From: the human T2T-CHM13v2.0 reference genome, Homo sapiens | Assembly (NCBI RefSeq): GCF_009914755.1 | Contig: NC_060928.1 | Reading direction: 5' to 3' (one strand) | DNA length: 64,000 nucleotides | Shown here: piece by piece, positions 10,777 to 29,350 of the stretch | Layout: every line of letters begins with the position of its first letter | Position numbering within the stretch: position 1 is the first letter of the stretch | Program-made: the position numbers and the translations under genes | The notes under the pieces: generated by a model | What the model was told of the DNA's origin: nothing | Seen by the model: only the letters and a program-made list of their open reading frames with translations | Databases searched by the model: none

Positions 10777-12822
10777 CTACCAGAATTACAATTTTTATAA
10801 CATTTTTCTGATTTTTAAAAGCTACATGTACACTCTAGAAAATTTAAAAATAGAAAATAATAAAAAAGAAAAATAATATTCACTACTCAGAGATAAACAT
10901 TGTTTAATATTTTTGTTATACATTACACATTTTATCAGTGTTAAGGGGCAGGGGAGGAGTTAGATATAGTAGAGAGAACAAAGAGATGTTATTTAAAAGA
11001 TAGAAGTAGCAGTTTTCTTAGAGAAGAGCACTATCTTGCTATCTTTTGTTCCTTGGTAAATTATTTCATTGTGAAGTGAAGTGATGGTCCCCAGGACATA
11101 GTATAGTAAGCAGAAGAATGGCAAAATTAAATTGTTTTGCCTAACAAGTAAAAGGATTTTGAGACTTTCTGGGCAATGAAAGAGCCAAACAGAGAAGTGA
11201 GAGAGAGAAGCCAGGAAGAAGTTCTCAGTGTTGGGAATTCCCAAGAGACATTCAAGAACAAGAATGTGTAGCATCTAGTCTTACATTGTTTGCCTTGTGT
11301 CCTGCTATCCCATAATGCAAACCCCTTGCTGTGACACCCCTGGATGTTCAATGAATTCTCATCTATGTAAATGTTGATATGAGTTGTGTTTTAAGAAAAC
11401 TGAGGGAAAAGGCAAGAAGTGAGAACATAATAGAAGTTAGAATCTCAGGAAGACATCAGAGGAAGAGATGACAATGAAAAACATAAGACCCCCTCCCTCC
11501 TAAATAACGTTATGTACATTTGCCCAAACTTTTCATGTCCTGCTATAATACACTTTTAACAGCTGCATGCTATTCCAGCATATGACCACTCCATCACTGA
11601 CTGAACCCTCCCTATATCATGCCATTTACATTCCTTTCAGTTTTTCACTGTTAAACATAGTTCCTCAGCAAACATCCTCATACGTAAAATTTGGGTCCAG
11701 GCCCATTATTTCTTGGCTTAGCCAAGGCTCCCTTTGTTTAAAGAACAAAAAAATCGCTCAAATAAGTAGAAAAGAGCTTAAGTTAAAAAGCGAAACTTAA
11801 TATAAGGATCCAGGGTTATTGCACAAAACCCACAACCTTAGGTAATAGGCCTCATAAGGAACTGGAAACCCCGGATGTAAGATCACTAGAAATTGCCATC
11901 TCTGTCACTTCCCTCAGAAGACACCCATTTTCACTTTCTGCCTGTATCTGTGTGTTTGAGAGAGAGATGCAATTTATAATTCATATTTATATTAAATAAA
12001 TGATAACAGATACACAGTAGGTTCTGATAGCAATCTCCAAATCCTTCTAACTAACAAAACTACTAAATGTCACACAACTAACACAACTAGGCTTTTTTTC
12101 TTATGTGTTCTGTGTCTTGTGCTTATACCTCCTTTTCTTACTCACAATCTTATTCTAGGCATTAGTCTGTGATGAGGGGAACTACTTCTCACTTCAAAAA
12201 TGCACTCAGTCATTCCCTACTTATCAACACCAGAAATGATACTCACTTCTTCCACCCCATCTTTCTCACCTGAGTGCTTTGTCCATGTGAGATGATCTTT
12301 ACATTTCACAAAAGAGCTTTCTTCAGTATCGGGGGTGGGGCAGCGGCAGAGGTCTGCATCTTCTCCAAAATCCTATTTGCCTTTGATGCCCACATTGGGA
12401 TCTGGAGTCTGGCAGGCTCTTGATTTCATCTCTGTTCCCTACTATAATTTTTCAAGTCTTATTTGTGGTCTATGGAAATGTTTGCCTTGTTTTGAGTTGG
12501 CCAGGTACTTCCACATATCTTCTTATAAAACTTGTCTAGCATTGCTGTTTGTTTGAAGCAGACAGGATGTGTCATAGCCTGAATTCATTGTGCTGTCCAC
12601 TGATAACTCTTCCCTTCCTTGTACCTAGTGGCTTTCTCTCCTCCTCAAGCTCACTGACATGAGAGTCTTTCCCTTGAGTCCAAAGAAAGGAGGCATAGGC
12701 TGGGTAGATACCACAAAAAAAGTCTCTATGCAGCCTTAAGATAAATCCCTGGAGGTGGAATTTCTGTCTCAAGGATATGAACATTTTAAAGTTTTTGGTA
12801 TATATTATAAAATTGCCCTCTT

Positions 12823-13732
12823 GGAGGAGGAGCCAAGATGGCCGAATAGGAACAGCTCCCGTCTACAGCTCCCAGCGTGAGCGACTCAGAAGACGGGTGA
12901 TTTCTGCATTTCCATCTGAGGTACCGGGTTCATCTCACTAGGGAGTGCCAGACAGTGGGCGCAGGTCAGTGGGTGTGCGCACCGTGCGTGAGCCGAAGCA
13001 GGGCGAGGCATTGCCTCACTTGGGAAGTGCAATGGATCAGGGAGTTCCCTTTCCGAGTCAAAGAAAGGGGTGACGGACGCACCTGGAAAATCGGGTCACT
13101 CCCACCCGAATATTGCGCTTTTCGGACTGGCATAAAAAACGGCGCACCACGAGATTATATCCCGCACCTCGCTCGGAGGGTCCTACGCCCACGGAGTCCT
13201 CTCACTGATTGCTAGCACAGCAGTCTGAGATCAAACTGCAAGGCAGCAGCAAGGCTGGGGGGAGGGGTGCCCGCCATTGCCCAGGCTTCCTTAGGTAAAC
13301 AAAGCAGCCTGGAAGCTCGAACTGGGTGGAGCCCACCACAGCTCAAGGAGGCCTGCCTGCCTCTGTAGGCTCCACCTCTGGGGGCAGGGCACAGACAAAC
13401 AAAAAGACAGCAGTAACCTCTGCAGACTTAAATGTCCCTGTCTGACAGCTTTGAAGAGAGCAGTGGATCTCTCAGCATGCAGCTGGAGATCTGAGAATGG
13501 GCAGATTGCCTCCTCAAGTGGGTCCCTGACCCCTGACCCCCGAGCAGCCTAACTGGGAGGCACCCCTCAGCAGGGGCACACTGACACCTCACACGGCAGG
13601 GTATTCCGACAGACCTGCAGCTGAGGGTCCTGTCTGTTAGAAGGAAAACTAACAAACAGAAAGGACATCCACACCAAAAACCCATCTGTACATCACCATC
13701 ATCAAAGACCAAAAGTAGATAAAACCACAAAG
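12823..13732 (+). promoter_or_regulatory. L1 5'UTR internal sense promoter and antisense promoter region
   Basis: YY1 site CAAGATGGCC at 12834-12843; many retained CpGs in the first ~400 bp; promoter function is established for young L1 5'UTRs but activity here is untested. Confidence 0.7.
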
Positions 13733-14748
13733 ATGGGGAAAAAACAGAACAGAAAAACGGGAAACCCTAAAACGCATAGCGCTTCTCCTCCTCCAAAGGA
13801 ATGCAGTTCCTCACCAGCAACAGAACAAAGCTGGATGGAGAATGACTTTGACGAGGTGAGAGAAGAAGGCTTCAGACGATCAAATTACTCTGAGCTACGG
13901 GAGGACATTCAAACCAAAGGCAAAAAAGTTGAAAACTTTGAAAAAAATTTAGAAGAATGTATAACTAGAATAACCAATACAGAGAAGTGCTTAAAGGAGC
14001 TGATGGAGCTGAAAACCAAGGCTCGAGAACTACGTGAAGAATGCAGAAGCCTCAGGAGCCGATGCGGTCAACTGGAAGAAAGGGTATCAGCAATGGAAGA
14101 TGAAATGAATGAAATGAAGCGAGAAGGGAAGTTTAGAGAAAAAAGAATAAAAAGAAATGAGCAAAGCCTCCAAGAAATATGGGACTATGTGAAAAGACCA
14201 AATCTACGTCTGATTGGTGTACCTGAAAGTGATGGGGAGAATGGAACCAAGCTGGAAAACACTCTGCAGGATATTATCCAGGAGAACTTCCCCAATCTAG
14301 CAAGGCAGGCCAACGTTCAGATTCAGGAAATATGGAGAACGCCACAAAGATACTCCTTGAGAAGAGCAATTCCAAGACACATAATTGTCAGATTCACCAA
14401 AGTTGAAATGAAGGAAAAAGTGTTAAGGGCGGCCAGAGAGAAAGGTGAGTTACCCTCAAAGGGAAGCCCATCAGACTAACAGCAGATCTCTCAGCAGAAA
14501 CCCTACAAGCCAGAAGAGAGTGGGGGCCAATATTCAACATTCTTAAAGAAAAGAATTTTCAACCCAGAATTTCATATCCAGTCAAACTAAGATTCATAAG
14601 TGAAGGAGAAATAAAATACTTTACAGACAAGCAAATGCTGAGAGATTTTGTCACCACCAGGCCTGCCCTAAAAGAGCTCCTGAAGGAAGCGCTAAACATG
14701 GAAAGGAACAACCGGTACCAGCCACTGCAAAATCATGCCAAAATGTAA
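13733..14748 (+). pseudogene. L1 ORF1p, frameshifted
   Basis: MGKKQNRKTG..YVKRPNLRLIGVPE..; spans 1016 nt vs canonical 1017; -1 frameshift at ~14447 (aaaggtgagttacc) truncates it at 248 aa, before the C-terminal domain. Confidence 0.95.
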
Positions 14749-14784
14749 AGACCATCCAGACTAGGAAGAAACTGCATCAACTAA

Positions 14785-18642
<3,858 letters not shown>

Positions 18643-19314
18643 ACAATGAGATCACATGGACACAGGAAGGGGAATATCACACTCTGGGGACTGTGGTGGG
18701 GTGGGGGGAGGGGGGAGGGATAGCATTAGGAGATATACCTAATGCTAGATGACGAGTTAGTGGGTGCAGCACACCAGCATGGCACATGTATACATATGTA
18801 ACTAACCTGCACAATATGCACATGTACCCTAAAACTTAAAGTATATTAAAAAAATTAAAAAATTAAAATAAAAATAAAAAAATAAAAAAATAAAATAAAA
18901 TAAAATTGCCCTTTTAAATCGTTAAATCAAGTTATGCTTCTACTGGTATGAGATAGTAGCCAACACTAGGTCCTCTTAGGAGCTGTGAGTAGTAATTGGC
19001 ATTTATTCAACATTACCTCTGATGAGGTAGACTCCTGCATTACCTTCCTCTTTCATTATGGTCATCCTTCAGGGAAAGCAGTGCTGAGATAATAGCTTGT
19101 CCCTTCCTGAATGTTGATCCCAGAGCTCTCTTCCTGATACTCTGCATCTTTGGACTGCCTTCATGTTCTTGCATAAATGCATGTGGGCATATAGGATACC
19201 AAGTCATTGCTATCTAGAACCTGTGGTCTAAGTAGTAGTAGTTTAGTACAAATTTTACCAGAAAATCTGATGCTAGTTCCAGGTTGCACAGCTTTCTAAA
19301 AGCATATAGGCATG

Positions 19315-19731
19315 TGTGTTAGTCCATTTTCTATTGCTATAAAATAATACCTCAGACTGGGTAATTTATAAGGAAAAAAGGTTTATTTTGGCTCAGGGTT
19401 CTGCAGGCTGTACAAGAAACATGGTGCCAGCACCTGCTTTTGGTGAGGCCTCAGGAAGCTTCCAGTCATGGCAGAAGGCAAATGGGGAGCCAGCATATTA
19501 TATAGAAAGAGAGAAAGCAAGAGTGGAGGGAGGTGTCATACTTTTTAAACAACCAGATCTCATGTGAACTAACAGAGTGAGAACTCACTCATTACCTTGA
19601 GGGCAGCATCAAGTCATTCATGAGGGATCTGCTCCCATAACCCAAACACCTCCCACTAGGCCCACCGTCAACATTTGAAGGTCACATTTCAACACGAGAT
19701 TTGGAAGGGATAAAACATCCAAACCATATCA
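19315..19731 (-). mobile_element. MaLR solo LTR (MSTB-like)
   Basis: 'tgtgttagtccatttt..gactgggtaatttata..catccaaaccatatca'; 5-bp TSD gcatg / gcacg. Confidence 0.9.
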
Positions 19732-20899
19732 GCACGTGTTTATAAATTTTTATTATTTATAATGTCTGGAATAAGCATTAGGGCCTTAAAAGGAATGTTG
19801 TGAGAATACCCAATGTCAAATTCAGGTGATGTAGCTTTCTAAAGGCAATATTTATAACCACTCAAAGCAATTATGCTGGAATTTTAGAGGATTTTGTTTG
19901 GGATACAAGAGACCTGGCCAGCTCCCACTGACATGTCCCCTAACCTGGCTAAACCTTGTCCTGGACAGGCAGAGCCAACAATCCACATCTTTACGTATAA
20001 GAAATTAGGAAGCAATATCCATTTAGTATACCCAGCTTGATATCTCCTGGTTTTGTATACAAAGAATGCATCGTGAGAATGTATTCTTTGCACTGTTCTC
20101 AACAAATAGTTGTATATGAATTGGTGTCAAATGGCCCACTTCCGCCAAGCTTTTATGGGACTACTATTCGCACACATTGTCCCATCAAATCCTCATAACA
20201 CCTGAGCAAATATTTTTGTTCTTCCCATTTCACAAATGAGAAAACTGAGGGTACTGACCTGACAAATAACCAGTGTAAATTGTACAGTGGAAGTTTGTGG
20301 CTTCTGCCTGTAGGCTCAATTTTCCCCTGCTCATGGTATTTGCATGTGGATTTTGTTTAAAAGCAAGTTCATCTTGTCAGTCAGAATGCAGGTGGTGTGA
20401 ACTCCACATTACCTTTGGGGATGTCCATGTAACTCAGAGCAGACCAACCCATCTTCTGATCACAGATAATGGTTCAGGGAAGGGCTATATTAGAAGGGAA
20501 TAACTCTTTCCTTAAGCTTGATGTTTCCCTTACATTTTAAAGACATGTAAACATTGTAATCACTCCTCTTTTCTCACTCAGCCCAAGAGGAGGTATACAG
20601 AGGTATCTAGTTCTTACAGTAGGGAAAAAAATACTGGGCATATTCCTATGCCCAGCATTAGAAAATACATATGCAACTCCATGTATTTTCTCAAGAGCTA
20701 GGTCTGTGGGAACACAGAGTTCTGCTCTGCTTGGCCAGGGGCAGGCTAAGTAAGCCCTTAGTGGGGAAGGAAAGGCTGCAGGAAAGACGGGAGCCAGTCT
20801 AACACTGTCATGACTGGTGGCTAATCTACAACATTCTCAGGTTATTATTAAACTCACTTAAACTCTAAGATTATCCTCTACATTCTCTTTCACCAGCAA

Positions 20900-21258
20900 C
20901 AAGGTTGATGTTTTATATCTCTGCCTTATTGAGCCAGACAAGTACATGGCCCAATCAGAGCTGATTCTCAAGTGTTTGCAGGGGGAATAGGGCAGAGGGG
21001 AGGAAGGCATGTGCTTTCCACTGGACTTGAGTGGGAAAGGCTGGAGCCTGCACATTTAGGGGCTGCCAGAGGAAGGCAGGGCCAAGTCAAAGAGAAGAGC
21101 CAGGTCCTGCTGACATTGGATGAGTTCCTGAAACCAGTTGTTCCTGAAGACAACTCTATAATTTAGACTTCCAAATTGATTATCCAATAAATTCTATTTT
21201 TTGCTTAAGCTGGTTTGAGTTGGATTTTCGGCCACTTCCAATAAAAAGAGTTAATACA
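20900..21258 (+). mobile_element. Old ERVL/MaLR LTR fragment
   Basis: 3' motif 'ccaataaattctattttttgcttaagctggtttgagttggatttt..aagagttaataca'; start approximate. Confidence 0.5.
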
Positions 21259-21392
21259 CAGAAATTATCAAAAGGATGTTAAGTAAAAAGGCATAAGGTT
21301 GATGTTACTGGAGCTTGGCGAAGGAAGTTCAGGCTTGGGATGAACTTCATGGAGAAGCTCTTACTTTGGATCAGTTAAAGACACAATCATTT

Positions 21393-21527
21393 GAGAATTT
21401 GTATAATGAGTACAATGTACATTATTCCAGTGGTAGACTAAAAGCTGAGACTTTACCACTATGCAATATATCCATGTAACAAAATTGCACTGGTACCCCT
21501 TATATTTATACAAATAAAAATTTTTAA
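21393..21527 (+). mobile_element. Very short 3' end of an older L1 (L1PB/L1MA-like)
   Basis: 'ttaccactatgcaatatatccatgtaacaaaattgcactggtaccc..aaataaaaa'; flanked by aaagacacaatcatt / aaagacacactcatt. Confidence 0.8.
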
Positions 21528-21559
21528 AAAGACACACTCATTGATTACCGTTGTATACT

Positions 21560-22250
21560 AAGATATCAAAATGAATAAAATAAAGTCTCTGTTTGCAAGT
21601 TATTTCCTGTTATTTAGTAGCGGAGGATGAACCCGTGAAAGATAGTTTCCATGCTAGGTGGTAGGTTCAGCAGCACAGTGTTATGAGGGCACACAGTAAG
21701 AGCACATTGCCCATGCATAGATGCTGGAGGAAGGATTTGTCAGAAGATGACACCTGAACTGCTTAATGAAAGGTGAATAGGAGTTAGCTGTGAGGAGATG
21801 GCAGGATAGGGCTTTCCAGACAAAAGGAAATTAAGCTGCTCAGGCAGAGGAGTATAAAATAGTATGATGTTGGGAGACAGAATGGTACTGACTTTGGATT
21901 GTTGGGCCTTGAAGGATGAGGAGGAAGCTGTGAGCATATGGTCATGTATCTAGAGCATCTGATTCACACAAGGGAGGAGCTGGAAACACACCAGAAAAGT
22001 ACAATGTCATGAGACTTTAGAGAACCCTAAATGCCAAGATAGGCAATAAAATTTGACCTTATAATAATTGATAAGGTAAAACTGAAGCAGTGCTTTCAGC
22101 AGAGAATTCTATGATAAAAACAAAGTTTTAGAAAAAGTAATCTGGCAATAGTTTAGAGTGTGAATTGGATGATAAAATGCCAGCTAGAAGACTAGTCCAA
22201 CTGAGAGGTAATGAGTACCACTGTGAGGAAGCGAGGGCCTGACCTGATGT
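21560..22250 (-). mobile_element. L2 LINE fragment
   Basis: Purine-rich antisense L2 motifs 'agaagatgacacctgaactg..aggagttagc', 'ctagaagactagtcca'; edges approximate. Confidence 0.5.
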
Positions 22251-22761
22251 AGCTGAAATGAAATGAGGATGGATAAAAGAAGGAAAGTTAACTATCAGTA
22301 TTTACTCCAATTTTATAATGTTTGGCTTAAAAGTAGGCATCATGAAAAAAATTTTCTCCTCTGTTTGTATGGTGGCTTATATATAAATATGTTTTTCTCT
22401 ATAGAGTTCATAAATTCCTCTAGAGCAGGGACCGTGCTGGTTCTTTGTGTTTCTCTTGGTGCACAGTAGGTATTTAATCTATATTAGAGACTTTAATTGA
22501 ATTCTCAAATCGGTTTTTGCTAGTTTTATTCTTTTTTATCTTCTTCAAATATATGTCTATGTTTAATTGACAAAGTTATATTGTTTGCATTGTTATAAGA
22601 GTCAATTTAAAAATGAGTTCAATATACCACTGATCCAGGAAAGAGACTACACAGTGATTATATTATTGTTTACCAAAGAACTATAAGAATATGTATAATC
22701 CCATTTATCTGTTTGAGTCTCCCAAGGTGAAAAATGATAATATTATTTTGAAAAACACCTG

Positions 22762-24034
22762 GATGCTGGGATAACTGGATAGCCATATGCAGAACAATGA
22801 AACTGTATACCTTTCATCATATATGAAAATTAACTGAAAATGGATTAAAGATTTAAATGTAAGACCTCAAACTGTAAGAATCCTAGAAGGAAACCTAGCA
22901 AACACTATTCTGGACATTGGCATTGGGAAAGAATTTTTGGCTAAGTCCTCAAAAGCAATTGTGACAAAAACAAAAATTGGCAAGTGGAGCCTAATTAAAC
23001 TAAAGAGCTTCTGCACAGCATACATAAATAAATAAAATTAAATTAAACCTATCAACAGAGTAAACAGACAACCTACAGAATGGGACAAAATATTCACAAA
23101 CTATGCATCTGACAAAGGTCTAGTATCCAGAATCTGTAAGGATCTTAAACAATTCAACAAGCAAAAAACAAACAATCCTATTAAAAAGTGGACAAACGAC
23201 ATGCACAGATACTTCTCAACAGAAGACATACAAGCTGCCAACAAACATATGAGAAAATGCTCAACATCACTGATCATCAGAGAAATGCAAATCAAAACCA
23301 TAACAAGATATACCATCTCACACCACTCAAAATGCTATTATTAAAAAGTCAAAAAAACAGCAGATACTAGTGAGGCTGTGGAGTAAAGGGAATGGTTATT
23401 CACTGTTGGAAGGAATGTAAATTAGTTTAGCCACTGTGGAAAGCAGTTTAAAGATTTTTCAAAGAACTAAGAGTTGAACAACCATTCAACCCAGAAATCC
23501 CATTACTAGGTATATGCCCCAAAGAAAATAAATCATTCTACCAAAAAGACACTATGCACTCATATGTCATTGCAGCACTATTCACAATAGCAAAGACATA
23601 AAATCAAACAAGATGTCCATCAGCAGTTGATTAGATTAGGAAAATGTGGTACATATACACCATGGAATGCTATGCAGCCATAACAAGAATGAAATCATGT
23701 CCTTTGCAGCAATATGGATGCAGATGGAGGCCATTATCCTAAGCAAATTAATGCAGGAACAGAAACCAAATACTGCATGTTCTAACTTACAAGTGGGAGC
23801 TGAACACTGGGTACTCATGGACATAAAGATGGGAACAATAGGCATTGGGGACTACTAGAGGTGGGGAGGAAGGGAGGGAGGCAAGGGTTGAAAAATAAAC
23901 TATTGGGTACTATGCTCACTTCTTCAGTGACAAATTCAATCATATCCCAAACCTTAGCATCACACAATATGACCATGTAACAAATTTGCACATATACCCT
24001 CTTTATCTAAAATAAAAGTTGAAATTATTTTTTT
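22762..24034 (+). mobile_element. 5'-truncated older primate L1 (L1PA15-16/L1PB-like), ORF2 3' end plus 3'UTR
   Basis: Clear homology to 17620-18640 of the young L1, with many stops; ends 'tctaaaataaaagttgaaatt'; flanking repeat aaaaacacctgga / aaaaaacctgga. Confidence 0.9.
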
Positions 24035-24511
24035 AAAAAACCTGGAGATTCCAGGTTAAAAAGACTGAGGAGCAATTAGATATGGGTCCTAATCTCAATA
24101 AGTGCATAAGAGGGAAATGAAGATGACAATATAACAATATAGATCATCCTCTTAAATTTAGGATTATAATAAATTCTAAGGCCAGGGAATGTTAAGGTTT
24201 TAGGAGAAGAACCATGGTTTAACACATAAATAAGATGCTGCTCTCAAGTATATTTTCTTTTACCTAGCATTGTTTTTAATTGGGAGGCCTGTTTAAAAGG
24301 AAAACCAATGGTTTAAAAACAAACAAAAGAAAAGTAAGCAGTGGTACCGCTAACGCTAACTTCAACACCAATAACTGAAGCCAACCCCTTGGCCTTGCTG
24401 CTGATAAAGATGTGAGTGCTCTGAGCTCCTGACATATGTCCTGTTGATTAATGCAGTTCATGGAAGAATTGTCACTTCAGCTGATGTCCTGAATTTCTAC
24501 AGCTGATAGAA

Positions 24512-24675
24512 CCATGGTTCTCAAATTTTAATGAGCAGAAGACTTACCTGCACTAATTTTACCAATTGCAGACTTCATCCCCAGAGAGTCTAATTCAATA
24601 GATCTGCAGTGAAAATCTTTCACTGATCACACACCCTAGATGATTGTGAAGCAGGAGATCCATAGACCATGTTTT
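24512..24675. mobile_element. MER5-like (hAT-Charlie) fragment
   Basis: 'ggttctcaaattttaatgagcagaagacttacctg..ccccagagagtctaattcaatagatctg'. Confidence 0.55.
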
Positions 24676-24683
24676 AATGATCA

Positions 24684-25193
<510 letters not shown>

Positions 25194-26299
25194 AAAAGAT
25201 GAGAGGAAATTTTCCAACTAGGAAGGAGCAAAAAGAGAAAGAACAAGGAATAAGGAAAATGCCTACAGAAGAATGGCAGATCAGATGGCAAAATATGAAA
25301 CCACAGCGATAGACTTGGGCCAGTTTACGCAGAGCTTTGTGTTCTGTGACACATAATTTATCTTGTGGCTGTTGGTTCCCAAATGAAACAGCTGTACCAG
25401 AAATCTTCTGAGGCATTTATTAAAATTCCCAGGGTCTCCAGTAGAGCTACTGAATCAAATCCCTTGAGGAGAGATCTGAGTATCTGGAGTTTTAAGAAGG
25501 GTTCCCAGCACTCTGATAAGCAGCCAGTATAACTACTGGTAGACCAAGGGCTAGTCTGAGCCCTCATCTAAGGGCTCTAAGCATCTAAGTGCTTCAGAGA
25601 ATGCAGCATCCGAGAGTTGCTGTCAGGAATGATCCAGCAAGGGGAGGAAATCATAGTTGAGAGGTTCCATAGCCAGAAATAGGTCAGCGCCAGAAAATTT
25701 CCATAGAGAAAGGCATAGATGACAAAGATGTGAGTTAAGTGAGTGAGCTGGACTACAAAAGCAGAAGGTATGGACACAGAAGGCAGTTTCTGGAAATAAA
25801 GGCAAAGTACAACAGAGAGTTGTCCTATGTGAGATGAGACAAAGATGGACTTCTGATGTGTATGAGGTGCTGCCAGAGATGGCTTAACAGCAGCCATCCT
25901 TAATCCAGCTGATGCCTTTCAGCTGGAGTTGAAAAGGTATCCAGTTCAGTTAGCAGTTGAAAAGACAAAGCTAGGAAAACATCAGGAAAAAATATCAGAG
26001 TTGGAGTTTGAACATTATGGTTCAATAGAAACTACAGAAGTAGATGGCATTGCTGGAGAGGTAAAAACGGACTTTTAAGGGACAGAGTAGATTTTTTAAA
26101 AGGCATTGAATTGGCAAGAGGAGGAGGGAGTAATGTGAACTGTCTTTTGTAAATACATGGGATGTAGGATTGAACCGTTTCCATTATCTAAGCATGTAGA
26201 ACCGTTCTTTAAACTACCAGTAGATGGTGCCATAGTTTTGGAAAATAATAAAGGTAAACAAAGCCAATAATGTTACATGTAAAAACCTTGTCTTATGTT

Positions 26300-27216
26300 A
26301 ACTTAAAAAAAAATAGGATTTATAAATGTAGATTTAGAAAAGGAAAGACTTTGTTTCTTCTAAAGGCATTTAGAAAAATGCCTCCCGCAAGACCAGAGAC
26401 AGGCACTTCACAGGAGGAGTGCTTGGAGTGGGAGCTTTATGCTGAACAGGTTGGCTAAACGTACATATTCAACAGGTATAGGAGGAGCTATGAATATTCA
26501 TGAGGGTGGTCCTGACACATATTGGATGTTACATGCTTATTGAACAAACATGCATGTAACATGACCCATGTTTACTTTGGGGTGGAGACTTAACATTTAA
26601 ATGTATTTACAATTAGGCCCTATAAATCAAAAGTTTCTTTCAGGGCAGGAAGGCATACAAGTGCACAATATCTGTAAACCGCCCAGAACCAGTCCATGGT
26701 CCATGATCTTCTGATCAGGAGAAAGTTATTGAAATCAGTCTCTTGTCCAATCAAAGCTATAGCTATGGCTGGTGGAACAGGGAGTGGGTGGAACAGGGAG
26801 TGGGGGTCAGAATCTGGTAGAGGTGCAAATTGTTTTAATATTGCTTATCTCGAAGCCAGTGCTTGTTTAGCTGACAGAGAAAAAGAAAAACCTAGTTTAT
26901 TACTTAAGTGTAGGGGGTGCGTGAATTAATCCTTGCCTGGCATGGCCTTAGGTCCTGTTTGTATCATGGTGTAATATGGTATCTTACTGCCACGAAGAGT
27001 TTGTTCTGTCAGTCTTATGATCTCTATTTTAACATTAATGCTGATCAGTTGTTCTGTCTAAACCATAAAAGAGAAAGGGTTTAATGAGATGTGTCTGACC
27101 TCCCATTCCATCATGGCTGGGAACTCAGTTTTAAGGTTTTCCTGGAGTTCTCTTGGGCACAATGGGGGTTTGTTCAGTTGGTGGGGAAGGGGGGTAGGAT
27201 TTTATTTTAAGTTTAT
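26300..27216 (-). mobile_element. ERV1 solo LTR, MER4 family (MER4D-like)
   Basis: 'tgacctcccattccatcatggctgggaactcagttttaaggttt..aggattttattttaagtttata' is the reverse complement of a MER4-type 5' end; left edge approximate. Confidence 0.7.
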
Positions 27217-29099
27217 ATTAAAAATAAATAAATAAATAAAACTTATGATAAGGAATGACTAAAGCCAAATTAAGATAACATATCAATACCTGAAGGCTTA
27301 TTTATTGTTCAAGACTCATATTCTCAGAACTTTATACTCCATTTTAGTTTTAATTTGTGACCAATAAATTGCATAATGTGGGGATGGTTCACATGATCAT
27401 CAAAACCACAAACAACATAAAAACTTTGAAGAATATGGAATATGGCTGTCAGTTTTAAAATGTTCACTTGCTATAAAGAAGCTAGCCACTTTCATAGTGT
27501 TATGACTATCATGAGTTCCAAGCACTTTTGCCTTCAGAGCCCCTTCCTTCATTGAAAAGAATACACATACACACACACATGCACACACACAATTATATTT
27601 TGTGACTGCTTTGGTATACACCCCAGGCTGGATTAATTATTAAATATTATCATTATATCTTTCCTTCTGAATTAGAAATAAAATTCATATATTTTTGTGG
27701 GCCCCTAAAAATATTGTGAGCACTATACACTTTGTACAGTAATTAAGTCCATACAATGGATGTCTAGCTACCATAAAAATGAAACTTAAATAGAAAATTA
27801 AATAGAAAGTAAAAATAAATAGAAAGTAAAACTAGAGGGAGACAATGACTTTGAGGGCAAGTTGTCCATGGCAAAATTGAAATTCTTTGGAAGTTTTATG
27901 TGCTATCTTAAAATCATATCCAAATATTACAAAAGATGTATTTTAAATTGCTTATCAGGGAAAAAGAAGAAAAACAAAATTTCTTACCTGATTCATTGGT
28001 TAATGGATAAGGTAATATTGCAGAGTTGCCTTGTCCCTGAAAATTATTACCCAAAACTTACTGCTGAAAGCAGCAGAATTAAGTATGTCATGAGATATTG
28101 ATCAAGTACAGTTCCAACAGGAAGAAGAACCGATTTATGGAAAAGAATATTTTTATTTTGAGAGTTCTAAGATTCTTTTTTGTAAAGAGGGGAAGGATGG
28201 AAGCAGAAGAGAGCTGCTATTATTTTTCTTAGTTTCTAATTTGGAAAAAGGAAGTGTATGACTGCAACATTTGAGAGTCTAAAATTTTAAGAAAGGGCCT
28301 ACATAGTACAATAATAGCAATTTTAAATATAATCCAAAATCAAGAGTCAGAGAATTGGAGAGTAGGAGGGGCTGGTAATAGGGATTCCTGGAGAAGCAAA
28401 GAGAGAAATTCTAGGGCATTCTGAGAGATATAAAGTGAGATGAAGCAGCTTTGGGTGTCTGCAGGCCAGGAATCATGGTCAAGGATCAAAACTCAGGAAT
28501 AGGGGCCACCCTCCTACTGGGTGATGACTTTGAACACCATCCTTGCTGTGGAAATTGTTTAAATTTAACCTATATCCTGTGATTTTTGCTCAACTTCAAG
28601 TATTGACGGAGAATGTTTTAGCTTTTAATTTGTCCTTAATCTTTTACATATTAAAATAGTACTTCATCTAAAGCTTTATGTTGTCAAACAAAAGAGTTCT
28701 TTATTCAAATTGTAATGGCAAAATTTGCCTTTTTAAAAACTCTGATTTTCTTTCAATGTTCATACTTTATAAAGATAAGGTGGGGGGATGTTCATTTACC
28801 TAGTTGATTTACACCATAATGTCTATTTTTGCCAAAGAGTTTGTTTCCCCTCTTTACCCCATGAGAGATGGAGAAGGAGTCGGGTAGGTTGGGGATAGGA
28901 TGTTCAATGAGCACTTTGCACAGGGAAGACAAGCAATATAGAATTTTTATGGACCTCCAAACAATCCTGACCTTTGGCAGTTCCACTCTGACATGAATAA
29001 GTGTAAGGCAAGTCATATAGCATTTAACATTTGCCTTCCATTCTATCTATCAAGTTTGCACTACATCCACCATGAAGAGTGAATTCCCTGATGGGCAGC

Positions 29100-29350
29100 C
29101 ATTAAGAGAGGCAGTAGAGAGTTTAGAATCAAATTGCCTGGGTTCAGATCTGGTCACTGCTACTTAATGGCTATATAATCTTAGGCAAGTGAGTTAGCTT
29201 CTCTAAGCCTCAGTGTCATTATCCATAAAATGGAGATAATGACAACATCTACATTATAAATAATAATGAGGATTAAATGAGATAATCCATAAATAAGCTC
29301 ATAGCACTTGGCACAGAATAAAAGTTCTAAATTAGGTATTGGCCGTATTA
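29100..29350 (+). mobile_element. MIR SINE
   Basis: MIR core 'cttaggcaagtgagttagcttctctaagcctcagtgtcattatccataaaatggagataat..gaggattaaatgagataat'. Confidence 0.85.

Noticed and set aside
13212-13277. L1 antisense ORF0
   Set aside because: ATG is present at 13277 (minus), but an extra base in the G-run at ~13257-13262 shifts the frame and gives a stop after 21 codons
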